Part shown: piece after piece, positions 24,892 to 33,830 of the stretch | How positions within the stretch are numbered: position 1 is the stretch's first letter | How the letters are laid out: the number at the start of each line of letters is the position of its first letter | From: Minisyncoccota bacterium | GTDB taxonomy: Bacteria; Patescibacteriota; Minisyncoccia; UBA6257; 2-01-FULL-56-20 | Length of the DNA stretch: 35,931 nt | NCBI GenBank assembly: GCA_041664245.1 | Contig: JBAYLC010000001.1 | Coordinates: forward strand, 152,654 to 188,584 | Direction of reading: 5' to 3' | Translations under genes and position numbers: made by a program | Notes under the pieces: generated by a model | What the model was told of the DNA's origin: nothing | The model's input: the letters and a program-made list of their open reading frames with translations, nothing else | Database searches by the model: none

Positions 24892-26498
24892 TCATAATTA
24901 TCTTTTGTTTAATTTATGTTGCTCTGCTTTTTAATCTCTTTCAAATTCAAGTTTTAAGAAACAAAGATTTTTCCGCCAAAGCCGAATCGCAATATTTCTC
25001 CTCAAATTACCTGAAAGCCGATCGCGGCTCTATTTTTTTTACGGATAAATTCGGCAACTTCATTCCGGCGGCTTTAAATAAGGATTTCCCTAAAATTTAC
25101 GCCGTTCCAAAAGAAATTGAAGATTCCAAGGAGGCGGCCAATTTTCTAGCCCCAATTTTAAATCTATCCGCCGATGATCTAGAAAAGAAATTTTCAGATA
25201 AAAAAAATCAATATAATCTCTTAGAACAAAAGAGCACGGAAGAAATTGTTAAAAAAGTTCAAAGCTTAAAACTAAAAGGTATTTATATTAATCCCGAACC
25301 CAGCCGTTTTTATCCTTTAAACTCTGTTGCGTCTCAACTCCTTGGTTTTGTGGCGGAGGATAGTAAGGATATCGTTGAATCCGGCCGTTATGGAATTGAA
25401 AAATTTTACAACCCAATTCTGAGTGGGAAATCCGGCATTAATGAAAATGGAAAAATCACTCCGCGGGAAGATGGTTCGGATATAAAATTAACCATCGATC
25501 CGAATATTCAAAATCAAGCGGAGGAAATTTTAAAAGGGTTAATTGGTGAATTTTCAAACAAAGGTGGAAGTGTGATAGTCGCCGAACCGAAAACCGGAAA
25601 AATTTTAGCGTTGGCGAATTATCCAAATTTCGATCCAAACAATTACGGCGAGTTTAATCTTGGAACTTTTATAAATCCAACAGTTCAGGCGATTTACGAG
25701 CCTGGTTCAGTTTTTAAAGTTATCACCATGGCCGCCGGACTTGATGCCGGGAAAATTACGCCCGATACGACTTTTGTCGACACTGGCGTCTTAAAAGTAA
25801 GCGGGAAAAAAATTCAAAACTGGGATCACTTGGCTCATGGCAAAATCACCATGACTCAGGTTATTGAAAAATCCGTTAACACCGGCGCCGCTTTTGCCGA
25901 AAGTAAAATCGGCCGTTCTCTTTTTACCAGTTATCTGAATAAATTTGGTTTTAACGAAAAAACTGAAATAGATTTACCAGGCGAAATATCTGGTAATCTC
26001 CGTGCGCTAAGCCCCAAAGCGTCCGACATCAACTACGCCGCCGCCTCTTTTGGTCAGGGCGTTGCCATTACTCCGATTGAACTTATAAGTGCCATAGGAG
26101 CGATTGCCAATGGCGGACACTTGATGAGACCCTATCTTAATTCAACTCTAACTCCTAAAGAGATTAGAACCGTGATAAGCCAAAAAGCGGCGGCGCAAAC
26201 CACACAAATGATGATCTCGGCTTTGGAAAAAGCTGACGTTGGTAAAATCGCTAGCTATCAATTGGCCGGTAAAACTGGAACCGCTCAAGTTGCCAACCCA
26301 AAAGGTGGCGGCTATCTCGCGGATATTTTTAATCACACCTACGTTGGTTTTGGCCCCACCAGCGATCCTCGTTTCATAATTTTAATTAAACTCAATGAGA
26401 CCAATGTTTCTTTAGCTGGCGGAACGGTTGTTCCTGCTTTTCGGGAATTAGCTCAATTTATTTTGAATTATTACAATATTCCGCCGGATAAAATTTAA
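24870..26498 (+). CDS. ftsI: Class B penicillin-binding protein (FtsI-like)
   Basis: RGSIF, EPGSVFK (SxxK), KSVN (SxN), GKTGTAQ (KTG); dcw position. Confidence 0.9.
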   Translation: MGFRFKLVIIIFCLIYVALLFNLFQIQVLRNKDFSAKAESQYFSSNYLKADRGSIFFTDKFGNFIPAALNKDFPKIYAVPKEIEDSKEAANFLAPILNLSADDLEKKFSDKKNQYNLLEQKSTEEIVKKVQSLKLKGIYINPEPSRFYPLNSVASQLLGFVAEDSKDIVESGRYGIEKFYNPILSGKSGINENGKITPREDGSDIKLTIDPNIQNQAEEILKGLIGEFSNKGGSVIVAEPKTGKILALANYPNFDPNNYGEFNLGTFINPTVQAIYEPGSVFKVITMAAGLDAGKITPDTTFVDTGVLKVSGKKIQNWDHLAHGKITMTQVIEKSVNTGAAFAESKIGRSLFTSYLNKFGFNEKTEIDLPGEISGNLRALSPKASDINYAAASFGQGVAITPIELISAIGAIANGGHLMRPYLNSTLTPKEIRTVISQKAAAQTTQMMISALEKADVGKIASYQLAGKTGTAQVANPKGGGYLADIFNHTYVGFGPTSDPRFIILIKLNETNVSLAGGTVVPAFRELAQFILNYYNIPPDKI

Positions 26499-26501
26499 AA
26501 A

Positions 26502-27749
26502 ATGAAAGAAGTAATTTTAAATATTTTGAAAGTCGTTCTAAAAAGACTCGCCCGCCTCACAATTTGGCGCTACCGGCCGGGTATTATCGGTATCACCGGT
26601 AGCGTTGGTAAAACCTCCGCTAAGCTGGCTATCGCGGCCGTTTTGGGCAGTGAGCGTCAGATTCGCTATTCCGCCGGCAATTTCAATAATGAGCTTGGCC
26701 TGCCTTTAACAGTTATCAGCTCTAAAACAAAAATCGAAGGATTTTTCTTTTGGCCGAAAGTGATTCTATCGGCAATCTTTCAAATAATTACTCCAAGTTC
26801 TTGGCAAAAAAATAAATACCCTGAACTATTGATATTAGAATATGGTGCCGATCAACCAGGGGACATTAAGTATCTTCTCTCGATTGCCCGCCCCAACATC
26901 AGCGTCATCACCGCGATCGGCAATATTCCAGTCCACGTTGAATTCTATAGCGGTCCAGAGGAACTCGCTCGGGAAAAATCCCGATTGATTGAATATTTGC
27001 CCGCTGCCGGTTTTGCCATTTTAAATTTTGATGATGAAACTATTTTCAATCTAAAGGATCGCACCCGCGCCCATTTGATGACTTTTGGTTTTTCCAAGGA
27101 ATCTGATGTTCGGGTTACTAGTTTCGAAACTAAATCCAACGGCGACCGGCCGCGAGGCATCGGTTTTCGTCTTGAATATGGCGGTAGTTTTGTGCCGGTA
27201 AAAATCGATGGGATTTTCGGAAAAACCCAAGGCTATGCCGCCGCCGCGGCGGCTGCCGTTGGCCTCGCTTTTGGCATGAATTTAGTAAAAATTTCCGAAG
27301 CCCTTCATTTCTATAAACCAGCGCCATCAAGAATGGAGCTCATCCCTGGTATTAAATATTCCTACATCATCAACGATAGCTACAACGCCAGCCCGCTTTC
27401 CACCCATGCCGCGCTAGACACCCTTCTCGATCTTCCCGCTAAAAGAAAAATTGCGGTTCTGGGTGATATGACGGAAATTGGCAAATACACGCCGGAAGCT
27501 CACGAAGAAATCGGCCGAGTCGCCGCCAATGTCGTTGATTTGTTGATTACCATCGGTCCCCGCGCTAAATTCATCGCCGAAGGCGCCCGCGAAAACGGCA
27601 TGAAAAATAAAAACATTTTGAGTTTTGATACCACCGAAGAATCGCTAAAGCCGATTCAGGACTTGCTCAAAAAAGGGGATTTGATTTTAGTCAAAGCTTC
27701 CCATATTATGGGGCTGGATAAAGTTGTAGAAGAAATAAGAGCTTACTAA
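26502..27749 (+). CDS. murF: UDP-MurNAc-tripeptide--D-Ala-D-Ala ligase
   Basis: GITGSVGKTS, NFNNELGLPL, DSYNASP, VLGDMTEIG, LVKASH. Confidence 0.92.
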   Translation: MKEVILNILKVVLKRLARLTIWRYRPGIIGITGSVGKTSAKLAIAAVLGSERQIRYSAGNFNNELGLPLTVISSKTKIEGFFFWPKVILSAIFQIITPSSWQKNKYPELLILEYGADQPGDIKYLLSIARPNISVITAIGNIPVHVEFYSGPEELAREKSRLIEYLPAAGFAILNFDDETIFNLKDRTRAHLMTFGFSKESDVRVTSFETKSNGDRPRGIGFRLEYGGSFVPVKIDGIFGKTQGYAAAAAAAVGLAFGMNLVKISEALHFYKPAPSRMELIPGIKYSYIINDSYNASPLSTHAALDTLLDLPAKRKIAVLGDMTEIGKYTPEAHEEIGRVAANVVDLLITIGPRAKFIAEGARENGMKNKNILSFDTTEESLKPIQDLLKKGDLILVKASHIMGLDKVVEEIRAY

Positions 27750-27750
27750 A

Positions 27751-27822
27751 GGCCTCATCGTCTAGTGGCTAGGACGGCGCCCTCTCACGGCGCAAACAGG
27801 GGTTCAATTCCCCTTGAGGCTA
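27751..27822 (+). tRNA. tRNA-Glu(CTC)
   Basis: GGCCTCA/TGAGGCT, GCGCC-CTCTCAC-GGCGC, T-loop TTCAATT. Confidence 0.92.
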
Positions 27823-27827
27823 CATAC

Positions 27828-27865
27828 TAGAATTTGCCTAGCGAGGTACGAGCTTAGCAAATCTT
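27828..27865 (+). repeat. tRNA-trailing hairpin element, copy 2
   Basis: 29/38 identity to 13913-13950 with compensatory changes. Confidence 0.7.
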
Positions 27866-27949
27866 GTACCCCAAAGAAGCGAAGCGAAAGCGGGGCAGTA
27901 TAATTTCCGCCACTGGCGGGGTGCAACGATTTAGAATTTTTGAAGAAAT

Positions 27950-27978
27950 AAAAAAGCCACCCGTTATAAAACGGGTGG
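27950..27978 (-). terminator. Terminator of the pyrE-pyrF fusion gene
   Basis: ccacccgtt-ataa-aacgggtgg with a T-run on the minus strand. Confidence 0.75.
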
Positions 27979-28005
27979 TGTGATTCATGATCAATTTCCT
28001 TAGCA

Positions 28006-29298
28006 TCAAAATATTCTGAGTTCATCCTTCAAAACACGCGTGACTTCAGCAACGGGGTCGTTAGCTTCGAAAACCTGACGACCCATCACAATATGATTCG
28101 CACCGTTTGCAATTGCTGCTTCGGGAGTATCGGTGCGCTGCTGATCTCCCTTATCGACACCCTCGGAGCGAATGCCGGGAACAACAAACTCCATGTTAGG
28201 GTATCTCGCGCGAAGTTCCGCCACTTCTTCTGAAGAGCAAACAATTCCATGAGCGCCGGATTCGACCGCAATCTTGGCAAGAGTTCTTACTTCTTCGATA
28301 GGAAGACGAGTATAAATCTCTTCACACTCACTCCGCATAGAGGTAAGAACGGTAACGACCAAAACCTTAGTCGGCGTACCATGTAGAGCTCGAACAACTC
28401 CTCGGATCATGTCTCGACCACCTGAGCCGTGTACCGTAACAGCCCAAGGTGGACAACGTTTGAGGCGATACGCGATATTCGTTAGAGTATTTGGAATGTC
28501 GCAACCCTTAAAATCAGCCATCACTCGACCATAAGCAGAAAGATTCGGAATAAGCCAGTCACTTCCTTCCGCTAATAGAAGATCGTTTACCTTGAAGATG
28601 CAGCCAGAAGTCCGAAGTCGGTCTACTATTGGGAGAATTTCCTCCCATTTTTTGCCGTCTAAAGCAACAATAATAGGATTCCTTTCTTCGACATCGGTTT
28701 CGCATCGTTTCATGACTCCCGAAGCAATTAGATGATAACGAACGTCATGGAGAGTCATGCCCGGCCACACATTCAAGTCAATGCCTAAGCTCGCAAATTT
28801 CTCTTGCCAACCTTGTTGTCGGTCGACAAGCACAATTAAGGATTCAACATTCAAGCCCATTTGAACGCATGTTATGAAGGGAGCAATTTTTGAAGCTCCG
28901 TCAGTCACCACGTCATCCAAAATCGCAACTCTGTTACCATAGCTCGCAGAGCCAATAACAGTAGCATTAGCAACTCTTCCACTCTTGGGAGATTCCCGGA
29001 CTGTAAGATATGGAATTCCTGTAAGCATCGAAATTGGACCTGCAAAGCAACTTACAGAATCCGGGACCTCCACGAAATGATGGAGTCTGAGTCGCCGGAG
29101 GGCATTCGCGTAGAAGCTACTTATGGAGCTAATTGCCTTTGGGTGATTTCTGGCATCCCGAAGATTTATATAGATGTCAGTTTTTCCCCCGCCTTTGAGC
29201 GGTAAATCCCGTTCATTTGAGGATCTAATTAACCCGAAGTGCAGGAGGTTGTAAATCAGCTCTGCCCGCTCTTCGGGATCCAACCAGGGCATTTGCAT
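28006..29298 (-). CDS. Bifunctional orotate phosphoribosyltransferase / OMP decarboxylase (UMP synthase-like fusion)
   Basis: N-terminal LKGGGKTDIYINLR and ILDDVVTDGAS (PRPP loop); C-terminal ADFKGCDIPNT (DxKxxDIxxT), VPGIR, GDQQR, VMGRQV. Confidence 0.9.
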   Translation of the reverse strand: MQMPWLDPEERAELIYNLLHFGLIRSSNERDLPLKGGGKTDIYINLRDARNHPKAISSISSFYANALRRLRLHHFVEVPDSVSCFAGPISMLTGIPYLTVRESPKSGRVANATVIGSASYGNRVAILDDVVTDGASKIAPFITCVQMGLNVESLIVLVDRQQGWQEKFASLGIDLNVWPGMTLHDVRYHLIASGVMKRCETDVEERNPIIVALDGKKWEEILPIVDRLRTSGCIFKVNDLLLAEGSDWLIPNLSAYGRVMADFKGCDIPNTLTNIAYRLKRCPPWAVTVHGSGGRDMIRGVVRALHGTPTKVLVVTVLTSMRSECEEIYTRLPIEEVRTLAKIAVESGAHGIVCSSEEVAELRARYPNMEFVVPGIRSEGVDKGDQQRTDTPEAAIANGANHIVMGRQVFEANDPVAEVTRVLKDELRIF

Positions 29299-29463
29299 TC
29301 GTCACCTGTTCTTTCCTCGTGTTTCTCACGACAAAAATGTTTAGAAAAAATTGTAAATAATTCTAGCATTATTAAAGCCTAACAAAGTATAAAAAACAAG
29401 TTTTTAGGAATAAAAACTTCTATAAACAAAATTTATAAATGCTAGACTAAAAAGTAAAGAATC

Positions 29464-30117
29464 CTATTTTACCCCAACCCTCCCGCCTAAAAGCCGAATT
29501 CCTAAATAACTAAGCGGCGTGTAGCAAAAACCCATCACGATCTTATAAATCCACCAAGGGAGGATTATTAAAACTATCGTTCCAACGGGATAAATTCCCA
29601 AGAAAGCCACGAACATAAAAATCGAGCTGTCCAAAAATTGCGACCAGATGTTTGATAGATTTGATCGGAGCCAAAAGTTTTTCGTTCCGAATTTATTTCG
29701 CAAAAAGAAAAATGAAATAACATCCTGATATTCGGCAATAATAAAAGCTAAAAGGGAAGCGATCGACATTCGCGCCGTCACGCCAAAAATTTGGTTGTAT
29801 CCATCTTTAACCCAGAGAGCCCGGTCGCCCCACGGCACGATAGCCGAAAGAAAAGAATAAAAAAGAAATAAAATAATACTAATAAATCCCGCCCAGACAA
29901 AAAATTTCGCCATTCGTTTACCGTAAACTTCGCCGATAATATCCGTCATAATAAAAACCACCGGAAAACAAAAAACCGCCACCGAAAGCTGGGTGCCAAA
30001 AAGAAATGGCATCAGTTTAATTCCTAAGCTATTAGCCGCGAATAGGGAAGTGACGTAGATTGTTAGCGCAACAATTATCTTTGGCGAAAAACTCAAATCT
30101 TCTGATTGTTTTTCCAT
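29464..30117 (-). CDS. Queuosine precursor transporter (YhhQ/VUT family)
   Basis: FPVVFIMTDIIGEVYG, R..IASLLAFII, LWLRS..S..SQ.LDS-type segment; about 6 TMs. Confidence 0.85.
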   Translation of the reverse strand: MEKQSEDLSFSPKIIVALTIYVTSLFAANSLGIKLMPFLFGTQLSVAVFCFPVVFIMTDIIGEVYGKRMAKFFVWAGFISIILFLFYSFLSAIVPWGDRALWVKDGYNQIFGVTARMSIASLLAFIIAEYQDVISFFFLRNKFGTKNFWLRSNLSNIWSQFLDSSIFMFVAFLGIYPVGTIVLIILPWWIYKIVMGFCYTPLSYLGIRLLGGRVGVK

Positions 30118-30140
30118 TAGAAAGAGATTAATTTATAAAC

Positions 30141-30170
30141 AAAAAAAAGTCCACCCGAGGCGAGTGGACT
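30141..30170 (-). terminator. Terminator 24 nt upstream of the transporter ATG
   Basis: Minus strand agtccactcg-cct-cgggtggact followed by T8. Confidence 0.8.
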
Positions 30171-30206
30171 AATAATATCTTGCTCTCTAAAAGTGCCAGA
30201 CCCTTG

Positions 30207-30395
30207 TTAAGGCTGACCCTTTTTCCGAGAACAGGATTCCGGACGGAAACCTCGCTGAAACGCAGGTTCCCCGAATACGTGGCCTTGTTGAATCTTGCGT
30301 CGGGAAGCTAATAAGCTCTCCGTTGTGTAAGATCTCATTCCTTCAGCAGCGAATAGTACTTTTCCGCCGCCAGTTTCGGATCCCTTAGTTGCCAC
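30207..30395 (-). CDS. Hypothetical 62-aa protein
   Basis: GTG start with SD AAGGAG at 8 nt; promoter TTGAAA-17-TATAAT (30481-30453); terminator after the stop; no motif recognised. Confidence 0.5.
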   Translation of the reverse strand: MATKGSETGGGKVLFAAEGMRSYTTESLLASRRKIQQGHVFGEPAFQRGFRPESCSRKKGQP

Positions 30396-30502
30396 GCTTA
30401 TTTCTCCTTCCTAGAGAAAAAAAGTTGAGAATATCAAAAAGTTGCCGGAGATATTATAGCACGGCAATTTCAAATTTTCAAGTTATTTGGTAAGATAAGA
30501 AA

Positions 30503-31255
30503 ATGGATAAAATATTAGTTGCCAACTGGAAAATGAATCCGGTTAAAGAAGGTGAAGTAATAAAACTCGCCAAAGCGAGTGATCAGAAAAACGTTGTAAT
30601 CTGCCCGCCGTTTATATATCTAAAATCAATTAGTAAGTTACTAAGAAAAGCCAAATTGGGCGCACAAGATGCCGGTTGGAGTGAATCTGGTCCCTTCACC
30701 GGCGGAGTGTCAGCTCCAATGCTAAAAAACTTTAAAGTTGAATATGTAATCTTGGGCCATTCCGAGCGCCGCCTTAAATTCAATGAAACCGACGAAATGA
30801 TTGCCGAAAAAGTTAAGTCGGCGTTAACGGCCGGATTAAAAGTGATTCTTTGCGTTGGCGAACCAGCGGCTATTAGAAAACAAGGAACCGCTGCTGCCAA
30901 AAAGTACATCGCCGCCCAACTTAAAAAAGATCTTTCCAAAATTGGAAATTTGAAATTAGGAATAGGAAATTTATTAATCGCCTACGAACCCATCTGGGCA
31001 ATCAGCACCAGCCGCGATCAATCTCTCAAGGAAACCCCCGAAATAATTCTCGAAATGATAAATTTCATAAAAAATAATCTTAAATCACTATTCATAAATC
31101 ATAAATCCTCGGTATTATACGGCGGCTCCGTAACATCAAAAAATATTAAGCGTATTATCAATCATGAAGAAATTAGCGGCGCCTTGGTCGGTGGCGCCAG
31201 TTTAAATTCAAAAGAATTCAGTAAAATAATAAAACTTACTTATGCAAGAAAATAA
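30503..31255 (+). CDS. tpiA: Triosephosphate isomerase
   Basis: VANWKMN, GPFTGGVS, ILGHSERR, IAYEPIWAIS, LYGGSV, LVGGASL. Confidence 0.96.
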   Translation: MDKILVANWKMNPVKEGEVIKLAKASDQKNVVICPPFIYLKSISKLLRKAKLGAQDAGWSESGPFTGGVSAPMLKNFKVEYVILGHSERRLKFNETDEMIAEKVKSALTAGLKVILCVGEPAAIRKQGTAAAKKYIAAQLKKDLSKIGNLKLGIGNLLIAYEPIWAISTSRDQSLKETPEIILEMINFIKNNLKSLFINHKSSVLYGGSVTSKNIKRIINHEEISGALVGGASLNSKEFSKIIKLTYARK

Positions 31256-32018
31256 TCTAAAAAAGTTTTTTTGGTTTCTTTTAGACATCGTTTTGGCCGC
31301 AATTTTTATTGCGGTTATGTTCTCCGTTATTCCCGCCGTCAACAAAGCCGGTAATTCGCAAATGCCAGTTCGAACATTAGTCGTGAACGCCGAAGGAAAA
31401 ACTACCGTTAAGCCCGATCTCGCCCAGTTTTCGTTTTCAGTTGTCACCGATGGTACCGATTTGGCTTTGATAGCGAAAAATAATAACGACTTAGTTAATA
31501 AAGCCATTGATTTCGTGAAAAAATCTGGTGTTGATGAAAAGGATATCAAAACCACCCAGTATAATCTAAACCCCCGTTATGAATACAACGAAAGTCAAAA
31601 GAAAACTTTCATTTCCGGTTACGAGCTCACTCAAACCGTGTTTGTAAAAATCCGCGACCTTGAAAAAAATATCGACAAGGTTTCAAAGATTTTAGGTTTG
31701 CTTCCGGAAATGGGCGTAAACCAAATCAGTAGTGTCAGCTTTACTAATGAGGATCAAGAATTATTTTTAGCCCAAGCTCGAAAAGACGCTTTTGATAAAG
31801 CTTTTACTAAAGCCAAATCAATGGCCAAGGCAAACGGTGTTTCGTTAGGTGAGGTTATCAACGTTAATGAATACCAAAACGGCCCAATCTACTATGATTC
31901 GGTATCTAGTATGAAGGGAATGGGAATAGGCGGCGGATCAATCGCTCCTATGCCGGCAATTCAACCGGGGACGGAAGAGCTGAAAGTTAATGTAACTGTT
32001 ACCTACGAACTCAGATAG
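31242..32018 (+). CDS. SIMPL/DUF541 (YggE/BP26-like) protein
   Basis: N-terminal TM; VNAEGKTTVKPDLA, DIKTTQYNLNPRY, ARKDAFDKA..KA..MA, IQPGTEELKVNVTVTYE. Confidence 0.9.
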   Translation: MQENNLKKFFWFLLDIVLAAIFIAVMFSVIPAVNKAGNSQMPVRTLVVNAEGKTTVKPDLAQFSFSVVTDGTDLALIAKNNNDLVNKAIDFVKKSGVDEKDIKTTQYNLNPRYEYNESQKKTFISGYELTQTVFVKIRDLEKNIDKVSKILGLLPEMGVNQISSVSFTNEDQELFLAQARKDAFDKAFTKAKSMAKANGVSLGEVINVNEYQNGPIYYDSVSSMKGMGIGGGSIAPMPAIQPGTEELKVNVTVTYELR

Positions 32019-32023
32019 GGGAC

Positions 32024-32052
32024 TTGCATTTATTTTTAAATGGGTGTATAAT
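32024..32052 (+). promoter_or_regulatory. sigma70-type promoter
   Basis: TTGCAT, 17 nt, TATAAT. Confidence 0.75.
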
Positions 32053-32112
32053 CCTCAAGAATGAGTGCGAGTAGTCCTTAGGGTAGCTAAGGAATACCCA
32101 TCCCTCTGTTTG

Positions 32113-32144
32113 ACTAAGAACCCCGCAAGGGGTTTTTAGTTTTT
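32113..32144 (+). terminator. Intrinsic terminator about 55 nt after the predicted start of transcription
   Basis: actaagaacccc-gcaa-ggggtttttagt followed by a T-run. Confidence 0.8.
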
Positions 32145-32220
32145 ACAACCTACTAGAATTGATATAAAATTTAAGGATCATACGTATCAGGTTTCTTACT
32201 GGTATTTTCAAATAAATGTT

Positions 32221-32358
32221 CGTCTAAGTGGCTGTAAATTGAAAGCCCGCTTTGATGGCTACAAGCTGAGCACTCATTCAACAAACAGAATTGGAGGTCA
32301 CCACTTGTAGCCATCAAAACGGACAAATAAGAGGTCGTCACTTACAGCCACTTAGGCG
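32221..32358 (+). ncRNA. Candidate 6S-like rod RNA
   Basis: 17-bp closing stem, 13/23-nt central bubble, perfect 15-bp inner stem, imperfect apical stem. Confidence 0.35.
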
Positions 32359-32364
32359 AGTAAA

Positions 32365-33294
32365 ATGATAAAGGTGAAAAAAGATATCCTTCTTTCCGAA
32401 TTTAGTAATTATAAAATCGGCGGTCCCGCCAGCTATTTTTTTGCCGCCAAAAATGACGGAGAGATTATTGAAGCCGTAAAATGGGCAAAAGATAAAAAAC
32501 TGCCGATTTTCATTCTTGGCGGGGGCACAAATCTTTTGATTAGTGATTCTGGTTTTGATGGGTTAGTTCTAAAACCAGATATAAATTTTCTAGAAGTTAG
32601 CGGCAATAAAATAACGGCTGGAGCTGGTGTGCTAATGGCCGATCTTCTCAAATTTTGTATCAAGAATAATCTTTCCGGTCTGGAGTGGGCTGGCGGTCTG
32701 CCCGGAACTTTAGGCGGAGCGGTTCGCGGCAATGCCGGCGCTTTTGGCGGTGAAGTTAAAGACTCCATCGAGTCCGTCAAAAGTTTTAATACCAAAGATC
32801 AAAAAATAATTAATCGGAAAAATTCAGGATGCCGTTTCGGTTATCGTTCAAGTATCATTAAAGAAAAAAACGGCGCCGAAATTGTTTTGAGCGCCACCCT
32901 CAAACTCCAAAAAGGGGATTCCGGGAAGATAAAATCAGCCATTGCCGAAAAAATAGATTACCGAAAAGAACGCCATCCGCTTGAGTACCCCAATATCGGC
33001 AGCATTTTTAAAAACATAGAACTTAAAAGTTTTTCGCCCAGTTTGCGCAAAAATTTGGCTTCCATGGTAAAAACCGACCCCATTCCAGTTGTTCCGGTGG
33101 CGTTTTTAATCTCGGAAGCCGGTTTGAAAGGCATCAGTTTCGGCGGCGCGATGATTTCTCCCAAGCATCCCAACTTCATCGTGAACGTTTTAGAAGCCAA
33201 AGCGATTGATGTTTTATCATTAATTAATCTCGTTAAACTGGAAATCAAAAAGAAATATAAAGTTGATCTCGAAGAAGAAGTGCAGATTGTATAA
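32365..33294 (+). CDS. murB: UDP-N-acetylenolpyruvoylglucosamine reductase
   Basis: LGGGTNLL, GLPGTLGGAVRGNAGAFG, FGYRSS, GSIFKN, SPKHPNFIVN, LEEEV. Confidence 0.96.
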   Translation: MIKVKKDILLSEFSNYKIGGPASYFFAAKNDGEIIEAVKWAKDKKLPIFILGGGTNLLISDSGFDGLVLKPDINFLEVSGNKITAGAGVLMADLLKFCIKNNLSGLEWAGGLPGTLGGAVRGNAGAFGGEVKDSIESVKSFNTKDQKIINRKNSGCRFGYRSSIIKEKNGAEIVLSATLKLQKGDSGKIKSAIAEKIDYRKERHPLEYPNIGSIFKNIELKSFSPSLRKNLASMVKTDPIPVVPVAFLISEAGLKGISFGGAMISPKHPNFIVNVLEAKAIDVLSLINLVKLEIKKKYKVDLEEEVQIV

Positions 33295-33316
33295 ATAATT
33301 TGATATACTCTAAGTA

Positions 33317-33664
33317 ATGAAATTTCCCAGACAAAAAGCCGGCTGGATAGGAGTTATAGTGTACGCAATTTTTGGAGCCTTACCTGTGTTCTATAGTTTT
33401 CTAGTAACTGATTTTAATTTCCCAGACATTGCAATGTATTTTTCCGGAGGAGCACCAGAATATCAGTTTTTATATTTTTATCCTCTTATATTCTCTCCAG
33501 GATATGGTTTGGCAGTGTTATTACCTGACTCTATAATCTCCCAGCTTCCTTATTCTGTTTTCATAATAGCAATACTCCTGATCAATCTCGTATTTTTCTA
33601 TTGGCTAGGAGTTTTAGTAAAAAAAATATTTACTAAATCTCCCGCAGAACCAACTCAAAAATAA
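33317..33664 (+). CDS. Hypothetical membrane protein
   Basis: Three hydrophobic segments; TGa-TATACT 7 nt before the ATG. Confidence 0.6.
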   Translation: MKFPRQKAGWIGVIVYAIFGALPVFYSFLVTDFNFPDIAMYFSGGAPEYQFLYFYPLIFSPGYGLAVLLPDSIISQLPYSVFIIAILLINLVFFYWLGVLVKKIFTKSPAEPTQK

Positions 33665-33705
33665 AAGAAGATTTTTTATTTTCTTGCTTTTCCCACGAGT
33701 GAGTT

Positions 33706-33830
33706 TTCTTTTTCGGAGAAGCTATCGGAGCTCTAGCGAGCTTGGTCTCCGCCAAAGCGGAGTTGCTAGAGCGAGATGCAGGCGCGTTTTGCCGCTGGAA
33801 GCAAAACGACGCCGGTTCTCCGAAAAAGAA
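33706..33830. repeat. Large multi-stem inverted-repeat element
   Basis: Perfect 15-bp outer stem enclosing two internal hairpins. Confidence 0.65.

Noticed and set aside
30118-30450. preQ1 riboswitch upstream of the YhhQ-like gene
   Set aside because: AAGGGTCTGGCACTTTT...CAAG only loosely resembles class I (loop too short, weak P1), and the class II/III patterns do not fit; kept only as an open question
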